A stretch of DNA of 6,174 nt from Candidatus Nanopusillus sp. GTDB taxonomy: Archaea; Nanobdellota; Nanobdellia; Nanobdellales; Nanobdellaceae. The translations under genes and the position numbers were made by a program. The notes under the pieces were generated by a model that searched no databases, was not told the origin of the DNA, and was given only the letters and a program-made list of their open reading frames with translations. Below are positions 1 to 3,990 of the stretch, in pieces. Where the stretch lies: NCBI GenBank assembly GCA_046536775.1, contig JAWDMD010000026.1:1-6174 (forward strand), in the 5' to 3' direction. Numbering within the stretch: position 1 is the first letter of the stretch; each line of letters begins with the position of its first letter.

Positions 1-815
1 GCAAGTACGAGGGGTCGTTCGCGGAGCTGATAGGCGCGAGGGTCCTGGACCTCTCGGAGCCGCAGGGCCTGAACCCGTACGACGTCTTCGAGACGCCGGC
101 CGCGGCCGCGTCCTTCATAGCTGACCTCGCGGGGATAGTCGAGCCGGACCTCCGCGCGGAGCTGAACCTCATACAGGCGGGGGACGTGTACGAGCTGGTG
201 GACAAGGCGGAGGGATCCCTCAAGAAGAGGCTGGAGGCCGGCCTGAAGCCATTCGAGAGCCTGTGGTCCGCGAGGAGCGACCTCTACGGACGCCAGGTGT
301 TCGTCCTCAGCAGCATAGCGAGCTCCGCGGTGCGCGACGCGGCCGCCTACTTGGTGCTCGCGTGGATCTGGAGGACGGTGAAGAAGCTGCCGGTGCGCGA
401 GCGCAAGATGATCGTGGTGGACGAGGGGTGGGCCTTCGTGGAGACGGATCCCCGCACCGGGAAGCCGTACTTCCCGGGGGCGGTCGGGTTCGTGCCCGAG
501 ATAGCGAGGACGGGCCGCCACTACAACGCGGCGTTCATCATCGCGACGCAGAGGGTCTCGGACATGATGTCCGGGCCGGGCCGCGTCGTGATGGAGAGCG
601 CGGCCACAAAGATAGTCCTGAGGCAGGATTCGGCCGCCATCGACCTGCTGGCCGGGCCGCTCTCGCTCTCGCCCGAGGAGCAGAGGTTCATACTCAGCGC
701 GCGGGTCGGCCAGGGCCTGCTCATATCGCCGCTGGGCCACGTCCCGTTCCGCAACCTGCTCTCGAAGGGCGAGCTGGAGAGGTTCACTACTAAGCCCAAG
801 GAGGTCAGCCGCTAG
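1..815 (+). CDS. VirB4/TrbE/CedB-type (HerA-FtsK superfamily, AAA_10-like) secretion/conjugation ATPase, C-terminal ~270 aa; the 5' end lies outside the window
   Basis: Frame 3 is open from base 3 to TAG 813-815. I hand-translated 3-185 as KYEGSFAELIGARVLDLSEPQGLNPYDVFETP... with no stop, so the GTG at 186 in the ORF track is an internal codon. Motifs in the translation: LNPYD; a Walker B-like block KMIVVDEGWAF; ARTGRHYNAAFIIATQRVSDM; and the tail ELERFTTKPKE, which resembles the FTTxPxE ending of VirB4/TrbE-like ATPases. Walker A must lie upstream of the window. GC3 is high. Confidence 0.85.
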   Translation, partial: KYEGSFAELIGARVLDLSEPQGLNPYDVFETPAAAASFIADLAGIVEPDLRAELNLIQAGDVYELVDKAEGSLKKRLEAGLKPFESLWSARSDLYGRQVFVLSSIASSAVRDAAAYLVLAWIWRTVKKLPVRERKMIVVDEGWAFVETDPRTGKPYFPGAVGFVPEIARTGRHYNAAFIIATQRVSDMMSGPGRVVMESAATKIVLRQDSAAIDLLAGPLSLSPEEQRFILSARVGQGLLISPLGHVPFRNLLSKGELERFTTKPKEVSR

Positions 816-819
816 AGGC

Positions 820-843
820 GCGCATACTTGTGCAAGTATTACC
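820..843. repeat. Degenerate copy (P1) of the locus palindrome: GCGCATACTTGTGCAAGTATTACC
   Basis: The right half-site GCAAGTATTACC (832-843) is identical to the copies at 3942-3953 and 5707-5718. The left arm is degenerate and the centre has a C->T change. It starts 4 nt after the ATPase stop codon, between convergent genes, and no TATA box is nearby. Confidence 0.6.
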
Positions 844-914
844 GGCCGCGGCCCGGCGGAGCTCCCGCTGGGGATCGGGCGGGTGAGAAAAGGGGGTCAG
901 GGAAGGGGGGGAGG

Positions 915-1472
915 TCAGGCGCGCTTCAGGGGCCACCTATGCAGGAACTTTCCCTCGTGCAGGCGATACCGGTACCCGCCGAGGACCAGCCCCGTCTCGG
1001 CGGGCGCCGCCCGCACCCGCTCCAGGAACTCCCGGAGCGGGGGCCCCGCGAACGGCCCCGCCGGCTCGCCCGACGGGGTCGTCACTAAGACCCACTCGCC
1101 GTGCCCGTTCTTTGAGCGCCTCCACTCCAGGGCCTCCAAGGCCCTGGAGAGGGCCGCATCGCCGTTCCCCGCGTCGGGCCTCAGGGGCTCCATAACCCCC
1201 GGGGCCGGCGCCGCGGGCTCCTTCGCCTCCGCCTGCCCGGCCACGGGCGCGGCCGCCGGCGCGGCCGGCGCCGGGGCGGGCGCCCCAGCGATCGCCGGGC
1301 CCGGCAGGAACTGTAGGGCGCGGGCCAGCACCACCGCGCGCTCCTCGGGCGATGCCCGCGGGAGCGCGGCGACGATGGCCACGCGCACCGGGGCTACGAC
1401 CTCGCTCAGCCACCGCTCGACCGCCGCGACGGCCTCCTCCCCCTTCTTCTCGGACTTGTTCTCGCTCGACAT
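915..1472 (-). CDS. Hypothetical two-domain protein (185 aa): helical N-domain, Ala/Pro-rich linker, and a C-domain with WRRSKNGHGEWVLV...GGYRYRLHEGKFLHRWP
   Basis: ATG at 1472..1470 is preceded on the minus strand by TATA GTTAAAAG (rc of 1497-1504) with a 24-nt spacer. Amino-acid composition is natural and GC3 is high. The overlapping track ORFs 937..1578(-) and 883..1503(+) are Arg/Gly/Ala-rich shadow frames. The linker is aa 57-92 (nt 1197-1304). I recognise no family. Confidence 0.75.
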   Translation of the reverse strand: MSSENKSEKKGEEAVAAVERWLSEVVAPVRVAIVAALPRASPEERAVVLARALQFLPGPAIAGAPAPAPAAPAAAPVAGQAEAKEPAAPAPGVMEPLRPDAGNGDAALSRALEALEWRRSKNGHGEWVLVTTPSGEPAGPFAGPPLREFLERVRAAPAETGLVLGGYRYRLHEGKFLHRWPLKRA

Positions 1473-1496
1473 TTCCGCGCCCCCGTGCCGAGGGGC

Positions 1497-1504
1497 CTTT
1501 TAAC
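1497..1504 (-). promoter_or_regulatory. TATA box (GTTAAAAG on the minus strand) for the 915..1472 gene
   Basis: It is an AT island in GC-rich DNA, 24 nt upstream of the ATG at 1472. This is the same geometry as the other promoters in the window. Confidence 0.6.
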
Positions 1505-1516
1505 GCGCCGGCGTGC

Positions 1517-1532
1517 ATATCTGCGCAGATAT
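1517..1532. repeat. Variant palindrome (P4) ATATCTGCGCAGATAT, a perfect 16 bp
   Basis: It shares the TGCGCA centre and the TATTAC right flank (1529-1535) with the main palindrome family. Its centre is 52.5 nt upstream of the ATG at 1472. The equivalent 24-bp footprint (1513-1536) ends 8 bp from the TATA box at 1497-1504. Confidence 0.6.
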
Positions 1533-1633
1533 TACGCGCCGCGCTGGTCGCCGCCGCCGTCCGCGAGGGCCTGCTCACGGGAGGGCTCTGGGAGTGCGCC
1601 CACTGCCCCTACCGCCGCGAGTGCCGGCCCGGG

Positions 1634-2566
1634 TTGCTGCCGGGGATCCCGGAGGGGTCCGCGGTCGCGGTCGCGGAGGTGGACGGCGCATTAGTTGATG
1701 ACTCGGAGCGCCGCCGCGCCGCATTGGCGGCCGCCGGCGCGTCGCTCGACGCGCCGCCGTGGAGGCTGACGGGCGAGGCGCGCGCGAGGTTCCTCGAGGC
1801 GTACTACGCAGAGGAGGCGCTGCGCCACGATAAACCGGGCCCACTGCTCGCGAGGGCGCTACGCCGCCCGGAGGGCTCGCGCCTCATCGTGGTGACCTCG
1901 CGCCCAGAGCGCCTGAGGTCCGCCACGGAGGCGGAGCTCCGCGGGCTCGGCGCCGCGCCGGACGCGCTGATCATGGCCCCGCCCGGCACCGAGGACGACT
2001 GGCGCGAGCGCATGCTGGAGCTGCTGGCCGAGGAGTACGGGCTCGCGCTCGTGCTGGACCCCGACCCGTGGGTCAGGAGGGCGGCCGAGCGGCTCGGGGC
2101 CGAGGCGCCGAGGCCGCGAGGGCGCGCGCATATAAGGCCGCGCGGAGTCCTTGGCTCTTGTTGTACTTGTTGTTGTGCTTGTGTTTGTTTATATAGCACT
2201 TCCACAGAAACCCACCCAATGGCGCTCGTTCAGGTCCTCGAGGAGGCCCTGCGCAGCGGCGACGAGAGGGAGATCGAGAGGGCCGTGAAGGAGCTGAAGA
2301 AATGGCTGGACTGGTTCGGCCCCCGGTACTTCGGGCTGGCGGTACAGGACACTTGGATCGCGGCGCCGCCCGAGAGGCGCCAGATGATCGAGGAGATGGT
2401 GAAAGAGCTGGAGAGTGTGCATAAGGAGGCCGCTTGGTGGGCCCAATACTACATAAAGCGCGCCAAGGAGGCTGAGAAGAAGGCTGAGAAGGATGAGCGC
2501 TCCGGCGAAATGTCAGGGCAGGAAGAGGGCGGTAGGCGACATCCTGAAATGTGCGCGCGTGGCTAG
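1634..2566 (+). CDS. Composite stop-free ORF: a HAD-superfamily phosphatase-like module (to about 2107), a TG-rich island, then a helical 115-aa module
   Basis: Frame 2 is uninterrupted. The first canonical start beyond the divergent gene is TTG 1634, and the next is GTG 1679. The track ATG at 1352 overlaps the divergent gene's 5' end, TATA and palindrome, and its N-terminal extension (1352 to about 1535) is Arg/Pro-rich shadow-frame sequence. HAD-like blocks: AVAVAEVDGAL (EVDGAL = 1676-1693), LIVVTSRPE (1883-1909), LVLDPDP (2048-2068). The start is unresolved, and no in-frame stop occurs before TAG 2564-2566. Confidence 0.5.
   Translation: MLPGIPEGSAVAVAEVDGALVDDSERRRAALAAAGASLDAPPWRLTGEARARFLEAYYAEEALRHDKPGPLLARALRRPEGSRLIVVTSRPERLRSATEAELRGLGAAPDALIMAPPGTEDDWRERMLELLAEEYGLALVLDPDPWVRRAAERLGAEAPRPRGRAHIRPRGVLGSCCTCCCACVCLYSTSTETHPMALVQVLEEALRSGDEREIERAVKELKKWLDWFGPRYFGLAVQDTWIAAPPERRQMIEEMVKELESVHKEAAWWAQYYIKRAKEAEKKAEKDERSGEMSGQEEGGRRHPEMCARG
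2129..2218 (+). promoter_or_regulatory. AT/TG-rich promoter-like island inside the open frame: TATA-like CATATAAG (2129-2136), TG-rich tract (2151-2190), TATA-like TTTATATA (2188-2195)
   Basis: GC content drops sharply here. In frame it reads as eight TGT Cys codons, whereas the upstream module's Cys codons are TGC. TTTATATA lies 23 nt upstream of ATG 2219, matching the leaderless geometry. The T-rich runs (GTGTTTGTTT) could also act as an archaeal terminator for the upstream module. Confidence 0.5.
2219..2566 (+). CDS. Helical/coiled-coil hypothetical protein (115 aa), nested in frame within 1634..2566 and probably expressed independently
   Basis: ATG 2219 has its own TATA-like element at the standard distance. 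The translation is clearly protein-like: MALVQVLEEALRSGDEREIERAVKELKKWLDWFGPRYF...KRAKEAEKKAEKDE. GC3 is high. This call is an alternative to, or isoform of, the long call. Confidence 0.6.
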   Translation: MALVQVLEEALRSGDEREIERAVKELKKWLDWFGPRYFGLAVQDTWIAAPPERRQMIEEMVKELESVHKEAAWWAQYYIKRAKEAEKKAEKDERSGEMSGQEEGGRRHPEMCARG

Positions 2567-3623
2567 GGTGCAACGCGAGGTCGTCTTCGAGAGCCATAAC
2601 TGGTTCCACGAGAAATCTGAGATCACCTTTTACAACGAGTGCGATGAGGAGCTGGACGTCATATGTGTGGATAGGCGCGCCCTCAGCCTGAATCTGGGCG
2701 CACTCTTCGAGTATAAGTACGCGGCCGTCCTGCGGGCGTACGGTGAGGACGGCACGTGGCTTAACCTGCTGAGGAGCGCAGACCCGTGCCTGGAGGGCGG
2801 CGGCCCAGGGCACATATGCTTCAGTCTCCCGGCGATCAAGCTGAGACCCCATGAATACTACACCGTGCAGCTCATGTACGAGGGGTCGCCGCTCTCAATT
2901 GAGGAGCCCTCCGCGGTGGTGAAGCGCTACACGCGGCGGTCACTGCTTTCCGCGGTCAAGCCGTACAGGGACGTCCCCGTGCTCATGTGGAACTATCCGC
3001 CCGGAAGAGCTCCGAGTATAATGCCGCAGTCGCTGTACACCGTGTTCCGCATTAGGGAGGACTGGTTGGAGATCGACGAGGGGTGGGCCAGGAAGTCCTT
3101 AGAGGAGGGTGAAGGAGTGATGGGCAAGTTGAAGAGTAAGCTCGACGTGATCGCGCTCAGCAATCGCGCGCTCGGCTACCGCATGGAGATTCCTTCAAGC
3201 ACGGAAAAGCTGGAGCTAGAGGAATTAGGGCCCGTTATCCCGAGGCCAGACGCGCGGCCAGCGGAGAGATTTGCGGCATTATTATTTATGTGGGCGTGGT
3301 TATTGGAGGTACCATATTACATTACACTCAAGCTTAGGGTGAATTTATTGTACAGATTGCTCGCGGTTCTCGTTGAGATCCTAGGGTTTCTCACGGCGGC
3401 CCTCTCATTGGTCTTCATGTCCCTTGTGCTCTGGCGCGGACAACAATCGATGATCGGCGATGGCCTGCTCCTGCTGACCACACTCTTCATCATAGTGCTG
3501 GGCAACTACTTGACGCTACCCAAGGGCGGCCCGCTGAGGTACGGGCTACTCGGCGGCGCGCTGGCCGCGGCCGCAGCGTCTGTGGCGGGGCTCGCAGTCA
3601 TGATGTTGCTGCGTATGCTCTAA
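2493..3623 (+). CDS. Membrane protein (376 aa): soluble beta-rich N-domain of about 255 aa plus about 4 C-terminal TM helices
   Basis: It is a long ORF with natural composition. TM segments: FAALLFMWAWLLEVPYYITL, LLAVLVEILGFLTAALSLVFMSLVLW, GLLLLTTLFIIVLGNYLTL, YGLLGGALAAAAASVAGLAVMMLLRML (about nt 3270-3620). Start alternatives are ATG 2493 (74-nt overlap with the upstream ORF, and frame 3 has the higher GC3 across the overlap), GTG 2559, and GTG 2568 (2 nt after the upstream stop). I recognise no family. Confidence 0.75.
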   Translation: MSAPAKCQGRKRAVGDILKCARVARVQREVVFESHNWFHEKSEITFYNECDEELDVICVDRRALSLNLGALFEYKYAAVLRAYGEDGTWLNLLRSADPCLEGGGPGHICFSLPAIKLRPHEYYTVQLMYEGSPLSIEEPSAVVKRYTRRSLLSAVKPYRDVPVLMWNYPPGRAPSIMPQSLYTVFRIREDWLEIDEGWARKSLEEGEGVMGKLKSKLDVIALSNRALGYRMEIPSSTEKLELEELGPVIPRPDARPAERFAALLFMWAWLLEVPYYITLKLRVNLLYRLLAVLVEILGFLTAALSLVFMSLVLWRGQQSMIGDGLLLLTTLFIIVLGNYLTLPKGGPLRYGLLGGALAAAAASVAGLAVMMLLRML

Positions 3624-3739
3624 CCGGGGCTCGCGCGGGCGGTGAAAGTGAACGATATGACCGATCCATAGACTTAGCTATACCGAGGGAGCGTAAATCG
3701 ACGTCCCGATCGGGGGAGTTCGGGCGTAAGTATGAGCCT

Positions 3740-3892
3740 TCAGGCGGCCACACCGAGCACCGTCATCAGCGCGGCCCCCAGCGCGGCGGGCGCCCAGGCG
3801 AGGTCGTCGACCTCCCTGCTCCTCAGGTCCTGGTGGGCCGCCGCGGCGTAGCTCGCGGCCACGAGCGCCGTGCCGGCGAGCGCCGGGTCCAC
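3740..3892 (-). CDS. Unlisted small ORF, 50 aa, two hydrophobic helices with a charged loop: MDPALAGTALVAASYAAAAHQDLRSREVDDLAWAPAALGAALMTVLGVAA. Candidate helical-hairpin (VirB2/CedA1/TedC-style) pilin or small membrane protein
   Basis: I reverse-translated it by hand. GTG (rc of 3890-3892) to TGA (rc of 3740-3742) is 153 nt, and an in-frame TAG (rc of 3914-3916) lies 7 codons upstream, so GTG is the only possible start. Of 50 codons, 49 end in G/C. The start is preceded by CTTTTTAG (rc of 3914-3921), 3 nt, GCGGCCGCACG and 7 nt, the same cassette as the divergent pilin-like gene. The track ORF 3678..3914(-) over this region is an Arg/Gly shadow frame. Confidence 0.55.
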   Translation of the reverse strand: MDPALAGTALVAASYAAAAHQDLRSREVDDLAWAPAALGAALMTVLGVAA

Positions 3893-3913
3893 GCGCGCCC
3901 GTGCGGCCGCGCA

Positions 3914-3921
3914 CTAAAAAG
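3914..3921 (-). promoter_or_regulatory. TATA box (CTTTTTAG on the minus strand) for the 50-aa ORF
   Basis: It lies 21 nt upstream of the GTG at 3892 and 8 bp from the edge of the palindrome. Confidence 0.55.
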
Positions 3922-3929
3922 CGCCACGT

Positions 3930-3953
3930 GGTAATACTTGCGCAAGTATTACC
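3930..3953. repeat. Perfect 24-bp palindrome (P2) GGTAATACTTGCGCAAGTATTACC, the putative operator of a divergent promoter
   Basis: The reverse complement of GGTAATACTTGC is GCAAGTATTACC. It lies between two divergent TATA boxes, with gaps of 8 and 9 bp. It is an AT-rich island. Confidence 0.8.
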
Positions 3954-3962
3954 GGCGTTGCC

Positions 3963-3970
3963 CTTTTAAG
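3963..3970 (+). promoter_or_regulatory. TATA box CTTTTAAG for the pilin-like gene
   Basis: A 20-nt spacer (CCGCGGCCGCACGTGTCGCC) separates it from GTG 3991, implying a leaderless transcript. Confidence 0.65.
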
Positions 3971-3990
3971 CCGCGGCCGCACGTGTCGCC

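Noticed and set aside
1197-1304. The GC-rich low-complexity repeat GCGGCCGGCGCC... considered as a non-coding tandem repeat
   Set aside because: It lies in frame within 915..1472(-) and encodes an Ala/Pro-rich interdomain linker. There is no evidence of an independent repeat element.
828-1578. Track ORFs 828..1088(+), 883..1503(+) and 937..1578(-) overlapping the 915..1472(-) gene
   Set aside because: Their translations are Arg/Gly/Ala/Pro-rich low-complexity strings, typical of off-frame or antisense reading of GC3-biased genes. They have no promoter geometry. 915..1472(-) has natural composition and a TATA box at the right distance.
1352-1633. The ATG at 1352 as the true start of the 404-aa ORF
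   Set aside because: It would overlap the 5' 120 nt of the divergent gene and read straight through that gene's start, TATA box and palindrome. Its N-terminal extension is Arg/Pro-rich shadow-frame sequence. I kept TTG 1634 as the provisional start and flagged the uncertainty.
2158-2196. A tiny ORF in the TG-rich island (TTG 2158, MLYLLLCLCLFI, stop 2194-2196), 21 nt downstream of CATATAAG
   Set aside because: Its spacing from the TATA-like box is intriguing. However, at 12 codons in a low-complexity T/G repeat it cannot be told apart from chance, so I mention it only as a possibility.
1485-2205. Track ORFs 1485..1694(+), 1513..1698(+), 1575..1844(-), 1804..2205(-) and 1859..2131(-)
   Set aside because: These are Arg/Pro/Ser-rich shadow frames of the HAD-like module. 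They lack start context.
2073-2852. The 259-aa minus-strand ORF 2073..2852, with 2189..2446(-) and 2630..2839(-)
   Set aside because: It is antisense to two clearly protein-like plus-strand genes and crosses the TG-rich island. Its composition is Arg/Pro/Ser/Ala-rich, and no TATA box precedes its start.
3624-3739. The convergent intergenic region was checked for a tRNA fragment or att site, a C/D-box sRNA, or a terminator. It contains the 10-bp palindrome CCCGATCGGG (3705-3714) and GGGGAGTTCGGGCG
   Set aside because: I could build no cloverleaf or T-arm (no GTTCRANYC flanked by a 5-bp stem). There is no C box (RUGAUGA) and D box (CUGA) pair on either strand. There is no oligo-T tract. The short palindrome alone is uninformative.
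3678-3914. Track ORF 3678..3914(-), 78 aa
   Set aside because: It is an Arg/Gly-rich shadow frame. The frame offset by one nucleotide (3740..3892) has near-total GC3 bias, a membrane-hairpin translation and the conserved promoter cassette.
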